Assembly: GCF_009914755.1 (NCBI RefSeq)
Contig: NC_060947.1
Strand: one strand, 5' to 3'
From: the human T2T-CHM13v2.0 reference genome, Homo sapiens
DNA: 64,000 nucleotides
Part shown: positions 26,366 to 41,471 of the stretch, one piece after another
How the letters are laid out: each line of letters starts with the position of its first letter
Numbering within the stretch: position 1 is the stretch's first letter
The notes under the pieces: model-generated
Databases searched by the model: none
Seen by the model: the letters and a program-made list of their open reading frames with translations, nothing else
What the model was told of the DNA's origin: nothing
Made by a program: the position numbers and the translations under genes

Positions 26366-27679
26366 GAGGCATAGCTAATTAGTGGGTATGCTGTGATTAG
26401 AAGTCTGCCCTGGTGACTTATGAGTCCAGGTCAACTGTAATATAGTTTCATAATAAAACAAAATACACTGAAATCTGAATACATTCTTAATTTGCTCTTG
26501 TTCTCTTAATGTCCTTAGAAATGTATCATATTCAGTCAAAAGACTGAACTGGAGAATTTTTCATAAGATCTACCCAGCATGGAGTTAGCTATCTCAGAAA
26601 AGTAGAGTGACTTCTTAGTGACATTCTTAAAGAGTGACAGTAAAACCTGTCTTCCATAGGTTGAATCTAGGACAAAATTGTTGAAAAAGATGAGGAGGTG
26701 ATGACAATATACATAAGGACTTTAATGTGCCTGAATCAGTCACGAATGGAAAGTTAAAAAAAATACCCACAACACTTTAAAAAGTCTGCCTCAGGCAATC
26801 TCAAAGCGTTTGACATTTCATTTATTGGAAAAATGTAGCTTTTTGTAATTAAAAAAGTTCTGACAAGTGAAAGTGACTTTAGCACCTGTTAAAATCAGGT
26901 CAGCGAAGCTGCTTATCATCTCAAAGTTTTTAATCTTAACACGGTGAGATTGGAGGCTGTGCCTTTTTAGCTGTACATGTAATAGGTAACTGCAGAGGGA
27001 AAATTTATCTCAATGTAACATTTTTAAATTGCAACAATGCATAGGCTTGCAGAAGCTTAGGAAATCCAAAATAAGTTTTATTCATGTCTTACTTTTATAT
27101 GTACGTGTAAGGTAAATAAGCCCTATTAAGGTCATATTCTGTTGGAAGTAATCTTTGATTTGTCAATTCTGTCAACAGCATCTTGGCTACGATGGTCAAT
27201 AACAGTATCCAATGGATTGAGATAGCTACCTACAGCAGTGCATGAAGACAATAAAAGCATTCATTATGCCAGCAAAATGCTCACTTCACTGCTTGCATTA
27301 TCTAGGTTCAATGCATCCCTTACTGTTTGTTGTCATACTAGTGGATGCTGGGATGGTTGAATCATTGCTCGTAGTTTACTCTAGATACATAGTCTATGCA
27401 ACAGTAATTACTAAGGAAAAATCGTCTACTTTCCAAACTGCTCCTGACTGATCATTGAACTGCAGCTTCATTTTATTTGCATGGCCCTGCAGTCTTCAGC
27501 CTCCTTCACTATGAGCTCTGTCTATTATCTAATCAGTTTCCTGCGTTCTGCCTCTTCTAGGCCTATAAAATGAATGCTCCAGCCTCTTTTCATGTGGTGG
27601 GAAAGGCAACATCCAGTTTGGGTTCTCAGCAAATAAGACTCTTGAATGCCAACTTTATGTTTTGTGTGTGTGTGTGAAG

Positions 27680-28030
27680 AAAGTAACATACTTGTATACA
27701 TTTATATGAAAAAGGGCTTTATTGGAAGGATATGAAATTGCCCATGAAGTCAGAGAAAAAGCTGAACAAGTAGGCATTAGAAAATACAGGAACCGGGGAC
27801 CCTCCAGGGATCGGGTAGCAGGAATTAAGGAGAATCCAAGATTCAATTTCTAGATGTGGCGGGTGGGAATTGCCTTGGTCTGGTTTGTATTGCATTGGCC
27901 AGGTGAAGGGTGGGACATCTTGATTGACAGTCCCATGGAGACTGTATGCAATGTGGAAAAGGGTTGACCAAGGGAAACTTAAGGTGCTACTGTCAATGTG
28001 AGGTGGCAAGCATGTTGTGTGGCAAAAACA
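27680..28030 (-). mobile_element. MLT1K/L-like LTR fragment
   Basis: gggctttattggaaggatat; gcattggccaggtg. Confidence 0.5.
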
Positions 28031-28169
28031 GCAGATATCCTTGCACTTGGAAACACAGATGCCACAGTACTTATGGTCAAGTATCTTCTTTGGGTGTAGA
28101 AGTCCAGGGCTTTGCTTTTTAAACATTCCACACGTGAACTTCATAGATCTCCTCTGGGTAGCATGTATT

Positions 28170-28380
28170 TGGATTGTGGAGCCAGATTGCCTGGATTTGA
28201 AGCATAGTGCTGCCGTTTCTTAGCCATGTGTGAGCTTGAAATTATTCCCTCGTCAGCAACGGGAGGATAATGAAGGCATTTTAATCATATTGTTGTGATA
28301 ATTAAATGAATTATCACATTTAAAACCCTTAGTTTAGTGTCTGACACCTAAAAGCTATATACATTTAAGCTATTATTAGG
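28170..28380 (+). mobile_element. MIR
   Basis: tggagccagattgcctggatttgaa; attaaatgaatta. Confidence 0.7.
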
Positions 28381-28538
28381 GCGAAATGGTGCATCATTGT
28401 ATTGTATGAGGTCTCTATGGTTTAAAATACCAATTATGGTTATAAAAATTAAGAAATGGCTTCCCTTTCCTGGCTTCACAAAACACAATAATCCTGTTGG
28501 ATTTTCCCCATGATGGTGCTGTGCTCGTAGACAGCCAT

Positions 28539-29011
28539 TGTACTAGTTTTCTATTGCTGCTATAACAAAGTACCATGTATTTAATGGCTTAAATATACAA
28601 ATTTAGTATCTTACAGGTCTGGTGGTCAGAGTCTCATTGGGCTAAACTTAAGGTTTCATCAGGGCTGAATTCTATTCCTGGAGGCTCCAGGAGAGACTGT
28701 TCCTTGTCTTTTCCAGTTTCTCAAGGCCACCTGCATTCCTTGGCTCATGGCCCCTTCCTCCAGCTTCAAAGCCAGCAATCGCATCAGTCTAGCTTCTGTG
28801 TCTGTCATCACATCTTCTCTGACTGTCCTGCCTCCCTCTTTCCCTTATGAGGGCTCTTGTGCTTACATTGAGCCCACCTAGATAATCCAGGCTAATCTCA
28901 CCATCTATTTAATTTAATTACATCTGTAAAGTCCTTTTTGCCTTACAGGTTCTGGAGATTAGGATACAAACATCTTAGCCGGTGGGGAGGGGCAGTATTC
29001 TGCCTACCACA
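28539..29011 (-). mobile_element. MLT1C-like LTR
   Basis: tgtactagttttctattgctgctataacaaagtacca...tattctgcctaccaca. Confidence 0.85.
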
Positions 29012-29420
29012 GACATTTTATAATGAATTACTGCATTCAAAATTTCTAATGATTTCTTTTCAAGAATGGCTAAGCTTGTTCACTGAGGTCAACATATCTC
29101 TTTTGTCATCTTGGGTCATATTTGTTAGAAGCCAAAATCGAAGGGTCGGTTTTTTTTTTTTTTTTTTTTTGGTGAAAGACTATATTAATTATTGAAAGAT
29201 AGACTTCCTCTGTTAGGTGTCTCTCGGCTAGATTTTGAACTGTTATTATATAATAAGAAGGATTTGCTCCCAAATACAGTTTTTAACAAATTCGACACTT
29301 TCAAATTAGAAAGTCAAATCCTTGGGGTTTACATTAGGGGAAAGGTTTGTGCATTCCGTCTCACGTTCTAATTTACAGACTCCATCTTATCTGTGAATGG
29401 CTTTGTGTCTCATTCTAGTG

Positions 29421-29622
29421 CAGTGGTTCTCAACTCCCTCATCCAGGGGATATTTACATTGTTGATGACTGGAGGTGGGTGAGCGCTGCCGGCATCTAGT
29501 GGGTAGAGGTCAGAGATCCTGCTAAACATCCCACAATGCATGGAAAAGCCCTCTCTCCCTACCTCTACAAGATAGAATAATCCTACCCAAAATATCAATA
29601 GTGTTGAAGCTAGGAAATCCTG
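29421..29622 (+). mobile_element. MER20 hAT-Charlie DNA transposon
   Basis: cagtggttctcaac...ggcatctagtgggtagagg...aaatcctg; perfect 8-bp TSD ttctagtg at 29413-29420 and 29623-29630. Confidence 0.93.
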
Positions 29623-31409
29623 TTCTAGTGATTATCCCATTCTTTTCTCCTGATTATTATTTGACTCATTTTGAAAGAGTACTTTACAGGTTATAGGAAA
29701 GGTTTTTCTAGCCAATTGAATTTAGATTTTACCAAACTGTGGTTTTCTATTAAGCAAGAATAACTTGCTGTGTTAAAAAAATAACCAAAACTTTATGATG
29801 ATTCTTTTAGAAACATAATGATATAAAACTGAAGAAAATTCAGGAAATAGGCAAATTCATTTTAGATTGTTTCAGGTGTCTTTTTATTCTAAGATTGCTC
29901 TAAATGAAACATTTATTTTCCTTTCTGTGGGAGGGAAACATAACTATAATTGCAAATGTTTTCTTAAGGGAAGGTTTGTGAATCTTTTAAGACATGGACT
30001 TTCCAATTCTCTACATTAATCTCTCAAAAAAACTCCCTGGTTCTGCAATGGCAATTTGTATTTTAGGAGTTTTCTTATGAGGCTATACTTTCAGAAATTA
30101 TTTGCTGTACATGAGTACACAGTAGAAAATGGTCTTCTGGTCTCTACCTGACAGGAAAACGTGGGGTTTGCAATACCTCTCTCAGAGACCTGGAAGAGAA
30201 GGGGTTAGAATGAGTTATCATTCATGAAGGTGGTTTTATTTCAGAGCTGTGACTTTCTCCCAGCAGCTGGAGGCCAGCAGCTGGGTGAAAATCAACCAGT
30301 CCCCTGGAGATGGCAGTAGAAGGCAGAGATGAAGATCATTTGCTGACCAGCCACAGCCAGAATTGCAGGCTCTGGGCTCCGGATCATGATCTGTCCAGAG
30401 AGGCAGCCATGATGGATCCCTGTGGCTGCAGGGGACTGCTTTTGCTGCTGGCTTGTTACAGTGAAATTCCACCTTCCCCTTCTCTGAAGTTTAGTTATCA
30501 AGTGCTGCCTTAAGTCCTTTCAGTACAAGGTCTTGTGTAAGTGATTTAAATAATATTCCTAGTGCTGGTTAAGCCCTACTACATCCGCTTTAAGGTTAAG
30601 CCCTACCACATTCAAGAACCTATTGAGTTGCAGATGCAATATTGACAGGTACTAAGCTATTAAACGTGGTAAGAGCAGGTTCTTGGGCTGGAGAGGCTTA
30701 AAAACACACAGACCAATGATTCTAGTATTAATAAAATGTCATATGACTAAATAGCCCAGTGCTATGAAAGCCAACGGGTAAACTTAACCCAGCCAGAGAG
30801 GTCAGAGACACTGTCCTGATGTGATAGCACCTGAGCTGAATTGAAAAGAATCAAGAGGAGTTAGTCAGGTGAAGAAAGATCAAAAGAGTGGCACAGCATG
30901 AATAAAGATCTAGGGGTGGGAAACATCATAATATTTACTGGATTACTGGGTTCCAAAGTGTAAAGGGGACCTTATCCTTGGTTCCACTCCCATTCCACTT
31001 CCCCTCTGGTACCCTATTTATGTATCTTTATTATAATAGTGTTTGAAAATATGAATTTTCAATTTGGATAAATGGTATATTGCTCTAAATCACGTTTCTT
31101 GCCATTTTTGTCCAACTCTTTAAGATCTTGTTGCATAGCTCTATGATACATCTAGCTTTGTACTTCTAACTGCCATATGCCTCCACACCTTTTGCTTATC
31201 CAATGCATCATAGCTGATATTTGTTTTCCTTTATATATCCTTGTTGTGACAAACAGCTCTTTGACTGGCATTCTTATTCACATCCCCTAACCAGATGAAA
31301 ATTTTTCTACTTCCAAATGCTCTGATTCAATAGGTCTCAATTGGAGCCCAGATGATATAGATACAACCAGGCTGCTATAGCAGTGAGGTGATTTACTGAG
31401 AAGAAAGGT

Positions 31410-31900
31410 GACAAGAGTTCTCAAATTCTAGCAGGCATCCGAATCCCCAGGAGGGACTGTCAAACAGATTTCTGTCTCAGGGCTGACACACTCTCACACA
31501 CTGCACTTGCACTACTCTGAGTGGGTACCTCCTTACATTTTGCGCCCTAGGCAACTTCCTTTCCTAACATTAGTTCCGGCTCTGGCTGGACACACCCAGG
31601 GTTTGATTCAGTAAGTAAGTAGGTCTGCGGTGGGGTCTGAGAATTTATATCTCTAACAAGTTCCCAGGTGATGCTGTTGCTTCTGGTCTGGGGACCACAC
31701 TTTGAGAATCATTGCAACCACTGCTTTAGGACCTTGCTACTTAAAAAGTTTGGCCTGCAGACCAGCAACAGCCACATCACCTAGGAGCTTGTTAGAGATG
31801 CAGAATGTGGGGCACCACTCCAGATCTAATGAACCAGAATCTGCATTTGAGCAAGATCTCCAGGTGATTGGCAAGCATGCTAAAGTTTGAGAAGCACTGC
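31410..31900. mobile_element. MER5A/MER5B cluster with MER91-like insert (~31478-31584)
   Basis: ctaacaagttcccaggtgatgctg; gaatctgcattt...aagtttgagaagcactg; ttttgcgccctaggc. Confidence 0.75.
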
Positions 31901-31916
31901 TTTGGGATGGATATAG

Positions 31917-32279
<363 letters not shown>

Positions 32280-32882
32280 TAGGCCCCACATTTTCCGAAA
32301 GCAATCAGTGGATGTTTTTAAGGTTAAGTTTGTCACTTTAGAGCAATGCAGTGAGGTTACATCCTATCCAGGTATCTCATCTGGAGGCACAGCGTATCTG
32401 CTTGCCCTTTATTGCCGGTGTTAGTTTTGATCACTTAGCTAGACAATGGTTGGATTTTTTTCTACTATAAAAAGATGTGTTCAGAACTTATGTTCACTTC
32501 CTGTTTGATGCAGTCACTACAGAGAGACTAGCACTTGATCAGCCATGAAGGTCAGTTTGGCTGTCCCTCTAGCTCTTCATTTTTGCCCCAGGACAAGTCA
32601 TAAAATGATCAGAACATCTCTCTCCTTCAAAGAATGTACCAGGCGGACCTACAGGGCTTGGCCATGGAATGTGGTCAATCCATTCTTGAGACCAGATGAG
32701 CTAAAGCAGCTCCTGACCCAGAACAGCTCAGAGGTGAGAAGGTTAAGTTAATTTTCAGCAGAAGGGCGGAAACTGCAGCTAAAGAGATAATACGCTATCG
32801 ATGTCACTTACAATTATCTTGGACAGCGAAGAAAAAGTTAATATCAAAATCACACTCACAGATAAACACACCTGATTCCTGA

Positions 32883-33218
<336 letters not shown>

Positions 33219-33236
33219 TAAAGGATCAAAATGATA

Positions 33237-33854
33237 GGAGTGTAAATTAGTTCAACCATTGTGGAAGACAGTGTGGCAATTCTTCAAGGATCTAGAACTA
33301 GAAAAACCATTTGACTCAGCAATCCCATTACTGGGTATATACCCAAAGCGTTATAAATCAATCTACTATAAAGACACATGCACACATATGTTTATGTTTA
33401 CTGCAGCACTGTTCACAATAGCAAAGACTTGGAACCAACCCAAATGCTCATCAATGATAGAATAAAGAAAATGTGGCACATATACACCATGGAATACTAT
33501 GCAGTCATAAAAAAGGACGAGTTCCTGTCCTTTGCAGGGACATGGATGAAGCTGGAAACCATCATTCTCAGCAAACTAACACATGAACAGAAAATCAAAC
33601 ACCGCATGTTCTCACTCATAAGTGGGAGCTGAACAATGAGAATACGTGGACACAGGGAGGGGAACATCACACACTGGGGCTTGTCGGGGGTGGGGGACTA
33701 GCGAAGGGATAGCATTAGGAGAAATACCCAACGTAGATAGCGAGTTGATGGGTGTAGCAAACCACCATGGCATGTGGATACCTATGTAACAAACCTGCAC
33801 GTTCTGCACATGTACCCCAGAACTTAAAGTATAATAAAAAATTATTTAAAAAAA
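33237..33854 (+). mobile_element. L1PA 3' end (5'-truncated)
   Basis: ORF2 C-terminus (WKTVWQFFKDLELE...FAGTWMKLETIILSKL) and 3' UTR with A tail. Confidence 0.95.
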
Positions 33855-34609
33855 CGATGCCTAGTCTAGGGAAAAGGAGTCATGTCTAGCTTTTGTAGCA
33901 ATCTAAAACACCACCCTGTCTCATTCCTCCTTTGAGGCAGCATGTACGAACTCACCTATCTGTTAGAACAAGGAGAAACAAAGGAGCCAGCAATAGGGAG
34001 AAAAAAATACTGATTAACACTTCAGAAGTATTATCTGTCCATGCATCTAACAATATATAAAAAGATTTGGTGGATGAAATTCTCCAGAACACAATGATGC
34101 TCCCTTGAAAAAGGTAATAGATGTATGTTGCATAGTTACATAAACTCCTCTTGTGTGAACAAAGTAGAAACCCTCATGTGCAGTGACTGAGGGTCACTGT
34201 TGCTCCTGTTAAGCCAGGCAGGAGTATTCTGTGCCCCAGGTGCTGGGAAGTGTTGAGCAACTAGCAATCACCCAACGTAGTTCCAAAGGAATACCATCAG
34301 TAACCCTAGCGACGGAAAGCAGGAGATGTGTTGAGTAAACTAGGCTAATCACCATTTCTTAGATATGCCACATACTTTTATGACTCTGCCTTTGTTCACA
34401 CTTCCGCATCCTGAAATACACCTTTCCTCTGTCCTCTTCCTCTCCAAATCCAGCTTGAAATTCTCCAATGCCCAGCTGAAGTAATTCTGTCTTCTATGAA
34501 GCCTTACTAGATTCCTCCCATCCCCATACACCAACTGAAATCTTTGTCTGGCTCTTAACAGATTATTTGTTTCTCTATTAGAGAGTCCATGTCCCTCATT
34601 TTTTCTGAA

Positions 34610-35115
34610 AATTTTTTTATTGTGGCAAAATATACACAACATAAAAAGTTATAATTTTAACCATTTTTAAGTGTACAGTGTCATTAAGTACATTCACAAT
34701 GTTATCTAATCCTCACCACTACTTCTAGAACTTTCTCACCATCCCAAACAGAAACTCTGTACCCATTAAACAATAATTCCTAATTACTGTTTCCACACAG
34801 CTCTTGGTAATCTCTATTCTACTTTCCGCCTCTATGAATTTGTCTGTCGTGGATACCTCACATAACTGAAATCACACAATATTTGTCCTTTTGTGTCTGA
34901 CTTATTTCACCTAGCGATGTTTTTAAGGTTCATCTATGTTGAAGCATTATCATAATTTTATAACATTTTAAGGTCAAATACTATTTCATTGTATGTATAT
35001 GCTACATTTTGTTTATCCATTAATTTGTTGATGGACATTTGGGCTATTTCCATTTTCAGCTATCATGAATAATGCTAAGAACGTTGGTGCGCAAGTGTCT
35101 ATTTGAGTCTCTGCT
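34610..35115 (-). mobile_element. L1MB 3' end
   Basis: ttttattgtggcaaaatatacac; cccaaacagaaactctgtacccattaaac. Confidence 0.85.
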
Positions 35116-35408
35116 TTCTTTTTTTTTGAGACAGGATCTCATTCTGTCACACAGCCTGGAGTGCAGTGGTGCAATCATGGCTCACTGTAGCCTAGACTTC
35201 CTGGGCTCAGGTGATCTTCCTGTCTCAGCCTCCTAAGTAGCTGGGATTACAGGTGCACCCCACCACACCTGGCTGATTTTTAAATTTTTGTAGAGATGAG
35301 GCCTTATTATGCTGCTCAGGCTGGTCTCAACCTCCTGAGCTGATGTAATCTTCCTCCCTTGGCCTCCCAAAATGCTGGGGTTACAGGTACGAGCCACCAC
35401 ATCTAGCT
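35116..35408 (-). mobile_element. AluJ
   Basis: Diverged full dimer. Confidence 0.9.
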
Positions 35409-35629
35409 CATACACCAACTCCAGGCTTCGGGTCATCAAAGTATAGCAGCCATTTTATCAGGTTTGTGACAGAGTTATTCTGATCTCAGACCTCTGCTGT
35501 TTTTTTTTTTTTTTCCTTCTTCTTTGGCTTTTGGATAACCAAACATTTGCCACACAGGGTTGTTCTTTTGGTCTCAACTGTTGAAGATTTGCTTGCCTAC
35601 TCCCAATAAGGAACACAGCATTAAAAAAA

Positions 35630-35768
35630 ATTTTTTTTTGTAAAGACAGAGTCTCACTATGTTGCCCAGGCTGGTCTGGAACTCCAGAACACTGACCTTA
35701 AGCGATCCTCCCACCTCAGCCTCCCAAAGTGCTAGGATTACAGGCATGAATCACCACCATGCCCTGCC
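35630..35768 (-). mobile_element. Alu monomer (FLAM_C-like)
   Basis: gtctcactatgttgcccaggctggtc...cctcccaaagtgctaggattacagg. Confidence 0.85.
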
Positions 35769-35884
35769 TGCACAGCAGCTTCTGCTCAAAAAGTAGAATG
35801 CTACTCCCCATCCCCTGCTTTATGGAATCTCTTTCAGCTACTTTTGAGTAATTGAACACTGCATATTTATAGTTCTCAAATTGC

Positions 35885-36270
35885 TGTGGTCAAGAATGTT
35901 GGCATTCACCAGTCTGGTTCTCCTCTTTGCTGGGCACGCAGCTAAACTAAATTTCTCAGCCACCTTTGTATCTAAGTGGGATCGTGTAACTGACTTCTGG
36001 TCTTTGGAATGTGGACTGAACTGATGTATGTCACTTCCAGGTGTAACCCATAAAAAATTCCACCTAATCTCCTATGTGTGTGTTTCTCCATCTCCGTTTG
36101 GTGCTAGATGGCACCAAAGCTACTCTGAAGTCACAAAATGGAGGAATCTGGATCCCAGTCACCACTTGGAGGCCCAGGAGAGCTGCTCAAACAAGACTGT
36201 CTACACAGCACTTTGAGGGAGGAAGAAATAAACTTTCATTGTGTAAAACTGTTGAGATGACTTACTCTAA
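35885..36270 (+). mobile_element. MLT1H/J-like LTR
   Basis: ctgggcacgcagctaaactaaatttctcagcc; agaaataaactttcattgtgt. Confidence 0.7.
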
Positions 36271-37029
36271 TATACCTACCCTTCCAGTTTTGCAACTTTC
36301 TTTAATGTAGACCTAGCCAAAGACCATGTGAAGCTGTTCTAGATAGCCCTGGTCTTGACAATTCTAATAACTATCTTCTGTCATTCCCATCCCTGTGTCT
36401 CAAAGTAGGTGCTCACCCCTTGACTCAATGTCATCTTAAGCTTGTCCCCTATATTCCTTGGCCATCCTTTCCAGGGGAAGGAAGACAACCCTGTCCTAAG
36501 TTTCTGGTGGAAGAGTATTAATTCCAGTGCTTACTAATGCATTCTTGGGCTGCAAAGTCCCCCTCGAAATTCTTTCCAGAAGGCCTAGAAACCATGTATA
36601 AATAAGATATCCAACAGCTTGTTGTGATGTTCCTGAGTATTAAGTATGCATTAAGCATGACCCTATGCTCCCCGCTTATTCTTTATTTTACAATTATTAG
36701 TTGAGTGCATGACCATTGTTTTTTAAATCGCCATTAGGCCAAAAATAATTAGCAACTGGAGAGTGGGAATTCTGAATTATTCATCTTTATATTTCCAATA
36801 AAGCCTAACATATTATGCTACAGATTGAAGCACTCAGTGACTATCTCTTGAATTTAATGAGGCAGATAGCAGGAGTTTTACCAACAGACTCGTGACCTTA
36901 CTGATTCAACCCACCTCCTCCAGCCTACCGAATATGTGAATTTACAGAGAGGCTGATGCAAGATTTATCCTTGTAATCTGGGAAATAAATATTTTCTAAA
37001 CTCTTTCTTGGACATCAGTATGAATCTTT

Positions 37030-38058
<1,029 letters not shown>

Positions 38059-38074
38059 GCGAATAGTTAATTTT

Positions 38075-38240
38075 AGAAGGAGAGAGAGGGGGAGCGAAGA
38101 CAAGAAAATGAGGAGAGGAGAGGATAGAAGGGAATGGCAGGAAAGGGGAGGGTAGGAGAGAAGAGAGCAGTTGGGGAGAAGAAAGGAAAAAAAGGAGTGG
38201 GAGGAAGGGAAGAGGAGAGGAGGAGAGAAGAAAAAAACAC
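38075..38240. repeat. Purine-rich low-complexity tract
   Basis: GA-rich run. Confidence 0.85.
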
Positions 38241-38689
38241 AGTCTCTAAGAAGTAGAGTCATAAATACAGCCAGGTTTTATGGTATCTGTTCTGATCTCT
38301 TATCAGCTAGAGTGCATTGCCTTTCAAGGGAGAAATATGAAGCAGTATTCTTCCTGTTATTGTGGGGGTGGTATGAGCTGGACATTGCATAGAGTTTATT
38401 CTAGGGAGCTGGTAGTTTTTCAAGTATAATTTGGACTGGAAAAAACTGCAATTCTGGAAGAATTATCTGCATGCCAGGAACTGGCAATAATTTTGAAGTT
38501 CCTGTTCATGTTGTGAAACCTGGCTGTTTTGTACTTGCAGAGGGAGATATCTTTTTTTTCTTTTGTTAAAACATAAAAATGAAGGCTTTATTCATAGTAG
38601 GCACATTCAAACTAATGATCAGCAAAGAGGCAAAAGCCAGTGGCTATGACAGATAACATGAGGAGAGGAAAAGAAGGGCAGGACATACA

Positions 38690-38752
38690 TTTTTTTTTTT
38701 TTTTCCCCGAGACAGAGTCTTGCTCTGTCGCCCAGGCTGGAATGCAGTGGAG
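38690..38752 (-). mobile_element. Alu 3' fragment
   Basis: polyT, gagacagagtcttgctctgtcgcccaggctgg. Confidence 0.85.
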
Positions 38753-39409
38753 CTCAAAACTGATCTTGTTCATCAGGAAAATAGAATGAACATAATTATG
38801 GGGTATGATTCAAAGAACTAGTCTTTCAAGAGTAAAAGTATGGTCCTTCTGGGAATGATGAATTTGAATATAGAAAGCAAAAGAAGGGTTCTAAGTAGTG
38901 AGGCCAAACTGTGGATTAAGAAAAAAAAACATTAGAAATGAATATCATTGTGAATATTTCCTTAGTTTCCCAATTATCCTCCTTGTTGAGACATAATTTA
39001 ATGCTACTGTTTTGTCACATACTCCTCCAATTCCTGATTCAGAGTTCTGGATTGTTGGAGAAGGGCCCATGAGCTTTAAACCTAGAAGAGAGTAAAGGAG
39101 AAGAGTGTTCCTAGGTCTCTCATTTTGGGTCCCTCATTGTGGATCCAGTGGGCAGTGTCTCTGGGGACAATTCATGGGAGCGATAGAGGCAGCTCCTCAA
39201 GTTTGCATTAAAAGGGACATATGGCTCACTTATCACTAATCAACTCTTACCCAGCACCCTCACAGCCACTAGCAAGGCAAAGAGAGTGAGCTCCCACTAT
39301 CCCCTTTAGCTATGCCTCTTGTGTTGCCCATTTGTGATCCCTTTTCCCTAAAATCCATCCTTAACTAATTGAATTAAAGTTCCTGATGCATGGGATACAT
39401 ATAGCTTTT

Positions 39410-39650
39410 ATTCAGTCCTTCATTTGATTAATACTGATTGAAGTTCTGCTGTGTGCCAGGTACTGCTCTAGGGCTGGAGATACAGTGGTGAATAAAACAG
39501 ACAAAAATCTCTGCCTTAGTACCAGGGGGAGGAGGAGGACAATAAAAATAATAAATATCTCAATTATAGAAAGTATTAGAAGATGATGTATATGCAGAAG
39601 GAAAAAAGTAGGATAAGGGAGAAGTGTTGGGGACAGGGAAGGAGGTGCCA
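39410..39650 (-). mobile_element. L2 3' end
   Basis: gtgtgccaggtactgctctagggctggagatacagtggtgaataaaacagac. Confidence 0.8.
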
Positions 39651-39999
39651 CTAGGATAATAATAAGCTATTATTAGTATCAGTGTTATTGAAGCCAGATT
39701 TCACTGGGCCCACAAAGTGGGATTTATCTTACTCCTTCCTACGCCACCACTAACATGACAACCTAGAACTGTCAAATGATTCTAGATGATCCACTCCTCA
39801 TTCTGGAGAAGGAGGCTACATTGGGATCTAATTACGTTCTGTGTAGGTAGTGACATCACTATCATGCATCTCAGTACCTACTGGATATCTGGTGATTGAC
39901 CAAGACCAGGAAATAAGGCACGAGTGCCACTGTATACAGTTTAAATGATGGTGTGAATTCACCACCACCTTGGGATATACAGCATACATGTTGGTTGAT

Positions 40000-40930
40000 A
40001 GCCTTTTATTCTTTTCATGTAAATAGCATACCTTCCCCCAAGCCTAGAACTATTTTTATAACATGGTCTTATAGCTGGTGTAGTATTTTTCTTTATGGAT
40101 GTCATGATTTCTGAACAATTCAATTATTTAACAACATTTAGTTTCCAACTTTTCACTGTGATGAAATACTTATAAATGTTCCTTTGGGCATATTTGTGGT
40201 TTTATCCTTAAGATAACTAAGAAAAGGTAGAATTGTGGATTCAGAAGATACGAGTAGTTTTAAGATTTTCTAACACAAATTAGCAATTGCCCCATCTCTC
40301 TAGCCAGCTATAAGAATGTTTATTTCTCTATACTCTCACCAATGCCTGTTTTGTCATTCTTTTTGTTAGCTTGAAAGACAACACTTAGTATCTCACTAAT
40401 GTTTTCAACTGCATTAGCCTTGATTGTGAGGTTTTTATGTCTCCTTTTGGAAATTGCCCATTTTTAATTGGAGTGTTTATCTCTTTCTGATAAATTGATT
40501 GATAAGAGTTTCTTACATATTAAGGATCCCAACTTTTTAAACTGTCATATAGTTTGCAAGTATTTTCCCCAGTTTTAAAATTGTGCTTTGATTTTCTTTA
40601 CAGAGTTTTAAAAAGAAATGTATTGATGTTTTTGCACTTAAACTTTTTTGTAAGTTTATCATGACTTTTCTCCTACGCTTTTTTGGTAAGAAATGTTTAC
40701 TGTACCCCCTAAGTTATGTAAATATTCATCCAAATTTTCTTAATTTTCTATATTTTAACATTTAATTACAAATTAATATCTGGAATTTATTTTTGTGTAT
40801 GGGTTGATACAAGGCTCTTTAATCTGTCCCAAATACTTGTCTAATAGTTCCAGGAACAGGACCATCTATTAAGTAATCTCCACACATATAAAACACCAAA
40901 TGTATCATATACTAATTATTTATAGGTACT
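40000..40930 (-). mobile_element. L1ME fragment
   Basis: Degenerate L1 ORF2 antisense motifs (tctggaatttattttgtgtatgg). Confidence 0.6.
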
Positions 40931-41112
40931 GTTTGAGGTTGAACAATTTGGGATTGCAGTTTTAGGGTCAAAAATAGTAGAATATTGGCAATTCCATATG
41001 ATTCATCCTAATACTAACTTGTGGCAAGAGTTAAATTCCCTTTTATTAAAGAATAATGTAGAATACTTTCATAATTGAAAAAATAAGCTCAGTTTAAAAA
41101 GAATTCAGATGT

Positions 41113-41471
<359 letters not shown>

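Noticed and set aside
27719-28144. 141-aa ORF with C/H residues (CGIC...CKDICCFCH)
   Set aside because: Crosses LTR-derived and MER5-like fragments; no real zinc-finger spacing
30567-30611. 18-bp direct repeat ggttaagccctac.acat
   Set aside because: Only two copies; local duplication with no further structure
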